Origin: Candidatus Eiseniibacteriota bacterium
GTDB lineage: Bacteria > Eisenbacteria > RBG-16-71-46
Direction of reading: 5' to 3'
Length of the DNA stretch: 58,293 bases
NCBI GenBank assembly: GCA_044223135.1
Contig: JBGAMH010000003.1
Coordinates: forward strand, 1-58,293
The notes under the pieces were generated by a model that did no database searches, was not told the DNA's origin, and worked only from the letters and a program-made list of their open reading frames with translations. This document shows positions 9,364 to 18,856 of this stretch, in pieces. Made by a program: the position numbers and the translations under genes. Position 1 is the stretch's first letter. Every line of letters starts with the position of its first letter.

Positions 9364-9394
9364 GACGGGAGGAAGCCGGAGGGCCCCTCCCGTC
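9364..9394 (-). terminator. Stem-loop after pilA2 (no U-tract)
   Basis: GACGGGAGG (9364-9372) and CCTCCCGTC (9386-9394) inverted repeat about 30 nt after the stop. Confidence 0.4.
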
Positions 9395-9425
9395 CCGCCT
9401 CGCCGGGCGCGGCCGGCGGCCTGGA

Positions 9426-9869
9426 CTACTGGCCGCTGGTCAGGCGCAGCGGGAGCACCGCGCTCTTGCCCTGGCCCGCGATCACGTACTTCATGGCCAC
9501 CGAGTCGGAGTACGCGACGATACCGGCCGTCGCAGTCGGGCTGATCGCGCCGTTGGCCACCCACGTGTTGATGTTCTCCCACGCTTGGCCACTGCCGACC
9601 TGCTTGTTGAACGGGTTCTTGAAGTTTGCGCCACCCGACGGAAGCAGGCTGGCCACCGTGTCGGCGCCAGCCGCGTACGCACCGTCGTTCTGCACACCGA
9701 AGTCCTCGGCGGACAGTTGGAACGTGTGCATGTTGGCGCGCGTGCTGCCTTCCTTCGCGCGGTCCTGCATCGCGATGAAGTTCGGAATCGCGATGGCCGC
9801 GAGAATGCCGATGATCACGACCACGATCATCAGCTCGATCAGCGTGAAACCCTTCTGCGTCCGCATCAT
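9426..9869 (-). CDS. pilA: Type IVa major pilin, copy 2 (pilA2)
   Basis: MMRTQKG|FTLIELMIVVVIIGILAAIAIPNF; AGAGGGG SD; 140-aa mature pilin. Confidence 0.95.
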   Translation of the reverse strand: MMRTQKGFTLIELMIVVVIIGILAAIAIPNFIAMQDRAKEGSTRANMHTFQLSAEDFGVQNDGAYAAGADTVASLLPSGGANFKNPFNKQVGSGQAWENINTWVANGAISPTATAGIVAYSDSVAMKYVIAGQGKSAVLPLRLTSGQ

Positions 9870-10029
9870 GTCGCATCCCCTCTGCATCGAGCGGCGGCTG
9901 CCGCCCATGGACTCGTGCGTCGAGCCCCACCGTCCGCTGTCCGGCGGAATGGCCCTCCGAGTCGTTCCCGTGCCCCCTCTTCGGGAGCGGGATTCGAAGG
10001 CCGAGAACACAGGACGAGGGCCCGTTCTT

Positions 10030-10045
10030 CGCATGCGCCGTGCCT
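10030..10045 (-). promoter_or_regulatory. sigma54 promoter of pilA2 (variant)
   Basis: AGGCAC-GGCGC-ATGCG; correct GG-N10-GC spacing with two deviations from consensus. Confidence 0.6.
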
Positions 10046-10095
10046 CCGGCGTACCCGGGATCGCCCGGCGGGCCTGGCCGGCTCCGCACAACGTG

Positions 10096-10122
10096 TTGTC
10101 GGCACGTTGGGACGATCCTTTC
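10096..10122 (-). promoter_or_regulatory. sigma28-like motif upstream of pilA2
   Basis: GAAA-N15-GCCGACAA. Confidence 0.45.
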
Positions 10123-10209
10123 AGTCCGGCATCGCGAATTTCCACGGGGGGTTCGGGCGGGGTGCTCTCCACTCGTGCAGGATGCCCGGCGGGGAGCCCC
10201 GGGGAGTCC

Positions 10210-10249
10210 AAAACAGAACGGGAGGGATGCGCGATGCGCATCCCTCCCG
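10210..10249 (-). terminator. Intrinsic terminator after pilA1
   Basis: Perfect 14-bp stem CGGGAGGGATGCGC/GCGCATCCCTCCCG with a 3-nt loop, followed by TTCTGTTTT on the minus strand. Confidence 0.85.
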
Positions 10250-10268
10250 CCTTTGCTGCGAGCTTCGA

Positions 10269-10712
10269 CTACTGACCGCTGGTCAGACGCAGCGGGAGCG
10301 CCGCGCTCTTGCCACGACCGGCGATGACGTACTTCAGCGTCACGGAGTCGGAGTACGACACGATACCCGCGGTCGCCGCCGGCGTGATGTTGCCGTTGGC
10401 CACCCACGTGTTGATGTTCTCCCACGCCTGGCCGCTGCCGACCTGCTTGTTGAACGGGTTCTTGAAGTTCGCACCGCCCGACGGGAGCAGGCTGGCGACC
10501 GTGTCGGCACCAGCAGCGTAGGCACCGTCGTTCTGCACACCGAAGTCCTCAGCCGACAGCTGGAACGTGTGCATGTTGGCGCGCGTGCTGCCTTCCTTCG
10601 CGCGGTCCTGCATCGCGATGAAGTTCGGAATCGCGATGGCCGCGAGAATACCGATGATGACGACCACGATCATGAGCTCGATCAGCGTGAAACCCTTCTG
10701 CGACTTGACCAT
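10269..10712 (-). CDS. pilA: Type IVa major pilin, copy 1 (pilA1)
   Basis: MVKSQKG|FTLIELMIVVVIIGILAAIAIPNF; GGAGGAG SD; directly downstream of pilR. Confidence 0.95.
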   Translation of the reverse strand: MVKSQKGFTLIELMIVVVIIGILAAIAIPNFIAMQDRAKEGSTRANMHTFQLSAEDFGVQNDGAYAAGADTVASLLPSGGANFKNPFNKQVGSGQAWENINTWVANGNITPAATAGIVSYSDSVTLKYVIAGRGKSAALPLRLTSGQ

Positions 10713-10781
10713 GTCCCTGCTCCTCCCGGTGTTGGTGTCTGGGTCCACTCACCTGCTCGGTGACCCGTCTGCTCCTGGTAT

Positions 10782-10797
10782 CGCAACCCAGGTGCCA
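10782..10797 (-). promoter_or_regulatory. sigma54 promoter of pilA1
   Basis: TGGCAC-CTGGG-TTGCG consensus match between pilR and pilA1. Confidence 0.88.
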
Positions 10798-10957
10798 CGG
10801 GTGCTTTCGGTTCTCCGTGCTTCATCAAGCAACTTGCGCCACTTCGACTTCGCGCATCCGGCCGCGGGTGTGGCTTTTGACCACCTGCTGCAGGCGACCG
10901 TGCGATTTCCGACCGGTCCCGTTCAGCACTCTGCGAACTGCACGGGAGCCCGGCCCA

Positions 10958-12379
<1,422 letters not shown>

Positions 12380-12422
12380 CGTAGTCACCTCGTTGCGGGT
12401 GTCCGGGGTGTTTCGTCGAAAA

Positions 12423-14105
12423 TCAGGCAGCCTGTGCCACGGCCTCGCACACGCCGGGCATCGTCACCCGGGCGCACGTGCCGCCACCGGCATCGCTCTC
12501 CAGCGTCAGCACGCCGCCGTGGCGTTCGACGATCCGCTGTGCGATCGCCAACCCCAGGCCCGTGCCGCCGCGTTTGGTCGTGAAGAAGGGCTCGCCCACG
12601 CGCGGCAGGTCTTCCGCCGCGATGCCGGGCCCGTCGTCCTGGAACTCCACCGCCACCTGGTCGCCTTCGAGCGCGCGCCAGCGCACCGCGAGCGAGCCCC
12701 GCTCGCCCACGGCCTCCAGCGCGTTCGACGCCAGGTTCAGCCACACCTGCCGCATCTGCTCGCGGTCCAGCGACACGCGCGCCGCGAGGTCCTCCGGGCA
12801 GTCCAGCCGCACGTCCACGTGCGGGCCGCGGCGCGGGTCGTGCCGCAGCGTGCTCACGAACTCGCGCAGCTGGTCGCCCAGGTCGAGCGGCTCCAGCGCC
12901 AGGTCGCGGTCGCGCGAGTACGTCAGCAGGTCGCTCACGAACTTGTTCAGCCGCGCGGACTCGCGCGCGATCAGGTCCATCAGCTCGGCCGACTCGCCTT
13001 CCAGCCGCAGCTCGCGCTGCAGGAACTCCACCGAGCCGCTGATGGGCTTGAGCCCGTTGCGCAGCTCGTGCGCCACGCCCGCGGCGAGCGCGCCGACTTC
13101 GGCCAGCGTCTCGTTGCGGCGCGCGCGGCGCTCCATCTCGCGGACCTCCGTGAGGTCCTGGAACACGGCCACCACGCCCGTCACGCCGCCGTCGTGCATG
13201 AGCACGTTCGTGCTGATGCCCACGGGCAGCTGCCGCCCCGTCGGCCCCTGCATGAGCAACTCGGCGCGGCTGCGCCCGGTGGTCGTGCCGAGCGTGTCGA
13301 GCACCAGCGCCCGCAGCGCGGCGAGCCGGTCGGGCAGCGCCACCGACACGTGCCGCCCGCGCACTTCGAGCGTGCGCAGACCCAGCACCTGCTCCGCCGC
13401 CGGGTTCAGGTAGGCCACGATGCCCTCGTGGTCCACGGTGAACACGCCGGTGGCCAGGTGACGCAGGATCGCGTCGTTGTCCACCCGCACGCGCTTGAGC
13501 TCACGCGCCGTGCGCTCGAGGTCGGCGCGCGTGCGGTGCGCCCGCTCGCCGAGCACGCCGGCGAGCGCGCCCACCAGCGCCAGGAAGCCCACCAGCAGCT
13601 CCGGGCGCGGCAGCGAGCCCACCACGGCGTTCTCCGGCCGCCCGGTCCACAGCGCACCCAGCCACGGCAGCGCCACGAACCCGGCACAGGCACCGGCCGA
13701 CGCGAACAGGCCGCCGGACAGGCCGGCCATGATGCCGCCGTAGATCACCACCAGGGCGTAGAACAGCACGAACTGGCTGTCGCGCCCGCCCGTCCAGGCG
13801 GACACGATCGTGATGATCGTGAGGTCCGCCGCCACGTGAAGCAGCTGCTGCACCCACAGCCCGCGGCGCAGGCGCAGCAGCACCAGGAACACCGCCGACA
13901 GCACACCCACCGCCGCGAGCGACGCTCCGAGCACCCCGGCCATGTCCGCCGTCCGATCCGGCCGAAGCAGGATGCCGAACGGCAGCGCCAGCGCCGCCAC
14001 GAGCAGGCGGACCCGCACGAGTGCGGCGAGTCCCTCCCAACCCGGGTCGGGCTGTGGCGCGGAGTCCCGGAGGACGTGCGGAGCGCGGGCGTCGGTCACG
14101 ATCAA
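12423..14105 (-). CDS. pilS: Sensor histidine kinase PilS
   Basis: Multi-TM N-terminus (TGGRDSQFVLFY), PAS domain, H-box AHELRN, N box and FFTTKRGGTGLGL; lies between pilC and pilR. Confidence 0.9.
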   Translation of the reverse strand: MIVTDARAPHVLRDSAPQPDPGWEGLAALVRVRLLVAALALPFGILLRPDRTADMAGVLGASLAAVGVLSAVFLVLLRLRRGLWVQQLLHVAADLTIITIVSAWTGGRDSQFVLFYALVVIYGGIMAGLSGGLFASAGACAGFVALPWLGALWTGRPENAVVGSLPRPELLVGFLALVGALAGVLGERAHRTRADLERTARELKRVRVDNDAILRHLATGVFTVDHEGIVAYLNPAAEQVLGLRTLEVRGRHVSVALPDRLAALRALVLDTLGTTTGRSRAELLMQGPTGRQLPVGISTNVLMHDGGVTGVVAVFQDLTEVREMERRARRNETLAEVGALAAGVAHELRNGLKPISGSVEFLQRELRLEGESAELMDLIARESARLNKFVSDLLTYSRDRDLALEPLDLGDQLREFVSTLRHDPRRGPHVDVRLDCPEDLAARVSLDREQMRQVWLNLASNALEAVGERGSLAVRWRALEGDQVAVEFQDDGPGIAAEDLPRVGEPFFTTKRGGTGLGLAIAQRIVERHGGVLTLESDAGGGTCARVTMPGVCEAVAQAA

Positions 14106-15319
14106 CCCTGAGCCGAGACCACGCTGATCAGCTTGAACATCGGGAGGTACATCGACACGACCATGCCGCCGACGATGCCGCCCATGACCACGATCATCAC
14201 CGGTTCGATGATCGAGGTGAGCGTATCGACGGCCGTGTCGACCTCGGCTTCGTAGAAGACGGCGATCTTCGTGAGCATCTCGTCGAGGGCGCCGGTCTGC
14301 TCGCCCACCGAGATCATCTGCACCACCATCGGCGGGAACACGCCCGACTGCTTGAGCGGCGCCGACACGGTCTCACCTTCCCGGATCGAGGCGCGGGCCG
14401 TCATGATGGCCTCGGCGATCACCTTGTTGCCCGCGGTGCGGGCGGTGATCTCGAGACCGGCCAGGATCGGCACGCCCGACGAGATCAGGGTGCCCAGCGT
14501 GCGCGTGAAGCGCGCCACGGCGCCCTTCAGCAGCACGTCGCCCAGCACGGGCGACTTGATGAGCAGCCCGTCGATCACGCGCTGGCCGTTCTCCGTCGCG
14601 TAGTAGCGCTGCAGCGCGACCACGCCGGCGAACATCGCGAGCAGGCCGGCCCACCACCACTTCACGAGCGCGTTCGAAAGCATGAGCACGATCTTCGTGG
14701 GCAGCGGCAGCTCCCCGCCGAAGTCCATGAACATCTTCGCGAACGTCGGGATGATGAAGATCAGCATGAATGCCGTCGCGCCGAGCGCCACGGTGAGCAC
14801 GACGGCCGGGTAGACCATGGCGCTCTGCACCTTGCGCTTGAGGGCGTCGGCCTTCTCGATGTAGGTCGCCAGTCGCAGCAGGATCTCGTCCAGCACACCA
14901 CCGGCCTCGCCGGCCGCGACCATGTTGCGGAACAGGTCGTCGAACACCGACTTGTGCTTGCCGAGCGCGTCCGACAGCGTGGCGCCGGCCTCGACCTCGC
15001 GCGTCACTTCGCCGATCACGCGGCCGAACGACGGCTTGCTCGACTGCTTCGCGAGGATGTCCAGGCACTGCACCAGCGGCAGACCCGCCGAGATCATCGT
15101 GGCGAACTGGCGCGTGAAGATCGCGAGCTCCTTCGTGCTCACGCTCACGCCACCGCCGAACTTCGGAAGCGTGATGCCTCCCGACTTCGGCCGCAGCGAC
15201 GTCACCAGGACGCGCTTCTTGCGCAGGATCTCGAGCGCTTCCTCCTGCCGTCCGACCTCGATTTCACCGGCCTGGGCCTCGCCCGCCAGCGTCCGACCTT
15301 TCCAAGTGTAAACGGGCAT
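14102..15319 (-). CDS. pilC: Type IV pilus platform protein PilC
   Basis: FTRQFATMISAGLPL, GEAGGVLD, AMVYP and GEQTGALD motifs. Confidence 0.96.
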   Translation of the reverse strand: MPVYTWKGRTLAGEAQAGEIEVGRQEEALEILRKKRVLVTSLRPKSGGITLPKFGGGVSVSTKELAIFTRQFATMISAGLPLVQCLDILAKQSSKPSFGRVIGEVTREVEAGATLSDALGKHKSVFDDLFRNMVAAGEAGGVLDEILLRLATYIEKADALKRKVQSAMVYPAVVLTVALGATAFMLIFIIPTFAKMFMDFGGELPLPTKIVLMLSNALVKWWWAGLLAMFAGVVALQRYYATENGQRVIDGLLIKSPVLGDVLLKGAVARFTRTLGTLISSGVPILAGLEITARTAGNKVIAEAIMTARASIREGETVSAPLKQSGVFPPMVVQMISVGEQTGALDEMLTKIAVFYEAEVDTAVDTLTSIIEPVMIVVMGGIVGGMVVSMYLPMFKLISVVSAQG

Positions 15320-15332
15320 CGTGTCCTCCGGG

Positions 15333-16415
15333 TCAGGCGGCGGACCGCAGGACCTTCTGGAGCATGCCTTCCAGCTCCACGCGGTCCGTGCTGCGGTCGA
15401 GGGCGTCCTCGCCGGACAGGTGCTTGTCGAGCACCGCCTGCAGGAGCGCCTGGTTCATGGTCTGCATGCCGAACTTCTGCCCGGCCTGCATGAGGCTGTA
15501 GATCTGGTGGATCTTGCCCTCGCGGATCACGGCCTTGATCGCCGGCGTGCACACGAGGACTTCCGACGTGAGGATGCGGCCCGCGCCGCGGCTGCGCGGG
15601 ATCAGCTGCTGCGTCACCACGCCTTCGAGCGTGAACGCGAGCTGCGTGAGGATCTGCTTCTGCTGATCCGCGGGGAACACGTCCACGATGCGGTTGACCG
15701 CCTCGTACGTGGAGTTCGTGTGCAGCGTCGCGAACACCAGGTGGCCCGTTTCGGCGATCGTCAGCGCCGCCTCGATCGTCTCGAGGTCGCGCATTTCACC
15801 GATCAGGATGATGTCGGGATCCTGGCGCAGCACGTACTTGAGCGCGGTCGGGAACGACTCCGTGTCCGCGCCGATCTCGCGCTGGTTGACGATGCACTTC
15901 TTGTGGTGGTGGATGTACTCGATCGGGTCCTCGATCGTCATGATGTGGCTCTGACGCTGCGCGTTGATGCGATCGATCATCGCGGCCAGCGTCGTCGACT
16001 TGCCCGAACCCGTCGGACCGGTGACCAGCACCAGGCCCTTCTGGCGGTTCGTGAAGTCGCGCACCACCGGCGGCAGGCCCAGCTTCTCCATGGGCAGGAT
16101 CTCGTACGGGATCTGCCGGATGGCCATCGACACGACGCCGCGCTGCAGGAACACGTTCGCGCGATAGCGGGCCAGGCCCTTCACGCCGAACGAGAAGTCC
16201 AGCTCCTTCGTGGTCTCGAAGCGCTTCCGCTGCTCGTCGGAGAGCACGCTGTAGGCGATCTGCGCGCACTTCTCGGGAGAGAGCACCTCGTACTCCGTCG
16301 GCGTCACGGAGCCGTCGATGCGCAACTCGGGCGGCACGCCCGCCGTCACGTGCAGGTCGGACGCCTTCCGCTGCACCATGTCCTCGAGCAGCTGCCGGAG
16401 GGTCAGCTCAGCCAT
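15333..16415 (-). CDS. pilT: Retraction ATPase PilT
   Basis: GPTGSGKSTT, TIEDPIEY, LRQDPD, AETGHLVFATLHT and GMQTMNQ motifs. Confidence 0.96.
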   Translation of the reverse strand: MAELTLRQLLEDMVQRKASDLHVTAGVPPELRIDGSVTPTEYEVLSPEKCAQIAYSVLSDEQRKRFETTKELDFSFGVKGLARYRANVFLQRGVVSMAIRQIPYEILPMEKLGLPPVVRDFTNRQKGLVLVTGPTGSGKSTTLAAMIDRINAQRQSHIMTIEDPIEYIHHHKKCIVNQREIGADTESFPTALKYVLRQDPDIILIGEMRDLETIEAALTIAETGHLVFATLHTNSTYEAVNRIVDVFPADQQKQILTQLAFTLEGVVTQQLIPRSRGAGRILTSEVLVCTPAIKAVIREGKIHQIYSLMQAGQKFGMQTMNQALLQAVLDKHLSGEDALDRSTDRVELEGMLQKVLRSAA

Positions 16416-16448
16416 GATTCTCCTCTCCCGTTCCCGTTACGACGCGGA

Positions 16449-18146
16449 TCACAGATTGTCCGCGGCGGTTTCCTTGAGAATCTCTTCCACAGTGGTGACA
16501 CCACGGCGCAGCTTCTCGAGCCCGTCGCGCCGCAGCGTGAGCATGCCTTCCTCGATCGCGGTGCGCTTGATGTCGAGCGCCGACGCGCGGTCCAGGATCA
16601 GGTCGCGCAACCGCGGCGAGACGTTCATCACCTCGTAGACGCCGGCGCGGCCGCGGTAGCCGGTGTTGTTGCACTCCACGCAGCCTTCGCCCTCGTAGAA
16701 CGTGCCGCCCTTCGCGTGCTCGGGCGTCATCTGCAGCTCGCGCAGCACCTCTTCGCTCAGCTCGATCGGACGCTTGCAGGCCGCGCAGACGCGGCGCACG
16801 AGCCGCTGCGCGAGGATCAGGTTCACCGACGAGGCCACGAGGAAGGGCTGGATGCCCATGTCGATCAGACGGCCGATCGCGCTCGGGGCGTCGTTCGTGT
16901 GCAGCGTCGAGAGCACGAGGTGGCCCGTGAGCGCCGCCTTCGTGGCGATGCTGGCGGTGTCCAGGTCGCGGATTTCGCCGACCATGATGATGTTCGGGTC
17001 CTGGCGCAGGAACGCCTTGAGCGCCGCGGAGAACGTCAGGCCCACGCCTTCGTTCACGAGCACCTGGTTGATGCCGTCGAGGTTGTACTCGACCGGGTCC
17101 TCGGCGGTCATCACGTTCACCTCGGGCGTGTTCACGCGCGACAGCGCCGAGTAGAGCGTGGTCGTCTTTCCCGATCCCGTCGGGCCGGTGACGAGCACCA
17201 TGCCGTAGGGGTTCGAGATCGCCGCGATGAAGTCGTCCATCGACTTCTTCTCGAAGCCCAGCTTGCCCAGGTCGATGTTCAGGTTCGTCTTGTCGAGGAT
17301 ACGCATCACGATCTTCTCGCCGAAGATCGTGGGCAGCGTCGACACGCGCAGGTCGATCGTGCGGTTGAGCACCTTGATCTTGATGCGGCCGTCCTGCGGA
17401 ACGCGGCGCTCCGCGATGTCTAGGTCGGCCATGATCTTGAGGCGCGACAGGATCGCCGCCTTGAACTTGTACGGGGGCGCCATCATCTCCGACAGCGCGC
17501 CGTCGATGCGGAAGCGCACGCGCATCGTCTTCTCGTAGGGCTCGATGTGGATGTCCGACGCGCCCTTGCGCACGGCGTCGGCGATCAGCGAGTTCACGAG
17601 CTTGACGATCGGGGCGTCGTTGACCTGTCCGAGGCCGGCGTCGCCTTCGGGGGCGGACTCCTCCTCCTCGACGACGTTCAACTCGTCCTCGAAGCCCTTC
17701 ATCACGTCGGCCATCGTGCCGGCCGAGTCGTAGGCGCGGTCGAGCGCCTTCTTGATCGCCGCCTCGGTGGAGACGTGCGGTTCGACCTCGTAGCCGGTGA
17801 TGAACTTGATGTCGTCGATCGCGAAGATGTTGGACGGGTTCGCCATCGCCACGACCAGCCGCCGGCCGCTGCGCGACACCGGCAGCGCCATGAACTTGGT
17901 GGCGACGTCGCCCGGGATCAGCTTGATCAGCGCCGGGTCCGGCTCGTAGCTCTTCATGTCGATCGCGGGCACGCCGTACAGGCGCGACAGGAAGTCGAGC
18001 AACGCTTCCTCGCTGATCGCCCCGATCTTGACCAGGTTGCCCGTGACCGTCCCCCCGGCGGTCTTCTGCTGCAGGGCAGCCTTGGTCAGCGCGTTCTCGT
18101 CGATGAGACGCGCTTCGAGCAGTTTCTGTCCAAGATCTTCGACCAC
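16449..18146 (-). CDS. pilB: Pilus assembly ATPase PilB
   Basis: ASDIHIEP, DIAERRVPQDGRI, GPTGSGKTTTLY and tetracysteine CAAC...CVEC; probable start GTG 18146 with a GGGGAG SD (the ORF track uses TTG 18173). Confidence 0.96.
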   Translation of the reverse strand: MVEDLGQKLLEARLIDENALTKAALQQKTAGGTVTGNLVKIGAISEEALLDFLSRLYGVPAIDMKSYEPDPALIKLIPGDVATKFMALPVSRSGRRLVVAMANPSNIFAIDDIKFITGYEVEPHVSTEAAIKKALDRAYDSAGTMADVMKGFEDELNVVEEEESAPEGDAGLGQVNDAPIVKLVNSLIADAVRKGASDIHIEPYEKTMRVRFRIDGALSEMMAPPYKFKAAILSRLKIMADLDIAERRVPQDGRIKIKVLNRTIDLRVSTLPTIFGEKIVMRILDKTNLNIDLGKLGFEKKSMDDFIAAISNPYGMVLVTGPTGSGKTTTLYSALSRVNTPEVNVMTAEDPVEYNLDGINQVLVNEGVGLTFSAALKAFLRQDPNIIMVGEIRDLDTASIATKAALTGHLVLSTLHTNDAPSAIGRLIDMGIQPFLVASSVNLILAQRLVRRVCAACKRPIELSEEVLRELQMTPEHAKGGTFYEGEGCVECNNTGYRGRAGVYEVMNVSPRLRDLILDRASALDIKRTAIEEGMLTLRRDGLEKLRRGVTTVEEILKETAADNL

Positions 18147-18232
18147 GACGTCTCCCCGTTGTGAGCCGGGCAACGGATGGGCGCCTGCCTGCCGTCCCGA
18201 GAGGACGGCGCCCCGACGAGCCGACCGGCCAT

Positions 18233-18248
18233 CGCAACGCGCGTGCCG
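18233..18248 (-). promoter_or_regulatory. sigma54 promoter of pilB-pilT-pilC-pilS-pilR
   Basis: CGGCAC-GCGCG-TTGCG. Confidence 0.78.
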
Positions 18249-18305
18249 TGCAGAGTGCGCATTGCGAGCGCCGCCAACTGCATGCGGGGCTGCAACCCGG
18301 GGCGG

Positions 18306-18333
18306 TTATCGGGATGGCGGGGTCATCGGCTGA
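18306..18333 (-). promoter_or_regulatory. sigma28-like motif upstream of pilB
   Basis: TCAG-N16-CCCGATAA; spacing is one base longer than consensus. Confidence 0.35.
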
Positions 18334-18418
18334 AGCGAAAACTGCACGCCGTGCTCCGGCGCCACCGGGCAAAACGCACGGTCCGCGTTGCCGGGCGCCG
18401 TGTGCGCGCAGATCCCGG

Positions 18419-18822
18419 TCAGCGCGTGCGCTGCGGCGCCGACGCCGCCACGAGCGGGCGCAGCCGCTCGAGCAGGCGTGGCCCGATGCCGCGCACGGCG
18501 AGCAGCTCGTCGGGGTCGCGGAACGGCCCGTGCTCGCGACGGTGTTGCACGATCCTGGCCGCGAGCACGGGCCGATGCCCGGCAGGCCGTCGAGCGCGCG
18601 CTCGTCGGCCGTGTTCAGGTCGAGCCGGGCTGCCGGCGCCGCGACCGCGCCGGTCGCCGGGGCCGCCGCGGGGCGCGCCGGGCCCGGGCCGGGCGACCGC
18701 TCGGCCGCCGCGGACAACTCCACGCGGCGGACGTGATGGGCGCGCCACAGGTCCCCGGCCGCCCCGATCACCAGCAGCAGCACCACGAGCGTGGCGCCGC
18801 GGCGCTCCGACGGCGTGAACAG
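18419..18822 (-). CDS. comEA: ComEA-family helix-hairpin-helix DNA receptor; one frameshift near 18569
   Basis: LFTPSERRGATLVVLLLVIG TM segment and LDLNTADERALDGLPGIGP in one frame, continuing VLAARIVQHRREHGPFRDPDELLAVRGIGPRLLERLRPLV in another; one missing G would restore a single ORF. Confidence 0.85.
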
Positions 18823-18856
18823 CGCGACTCTCCCGCGGGGGCGGGTGCGGCGGGCG

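Noticed and set aside
9870-10020. Riboswitch in the ~150-nt pilA2 leader
   Set aside because: I could not recognise c-di-GMP-I/II or other riboswitch consensus elements by eye; an Rfam/Infernal scan would be needed.
8477-10712. Electrically conductive (e-pili) pilins
   Set aside because: Mature pilins are about 140 aa, A1 has only 11 Phe/Tyr/Trp, and position 27 is Met instead of the aromatic residue seen in Geobacter-type pilins.
9426-10712. Diversity-generating retroelement or Neisseria-type silent cassettes behind the pilin repeats
   Set aside because: No reverse transcriptase or recombinase is nearby, differences are not adenine-specific, and each copy has a full N-terminus, SD and promoter.
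10823-10836. IHF site between pilR and the pilA1 promoter (CATCAAGCAACTTG)
   Set aside because: Position is plausible, but the spacer is 5 nt versus 4 in WATCAA-N4-TTR, so it was not called.
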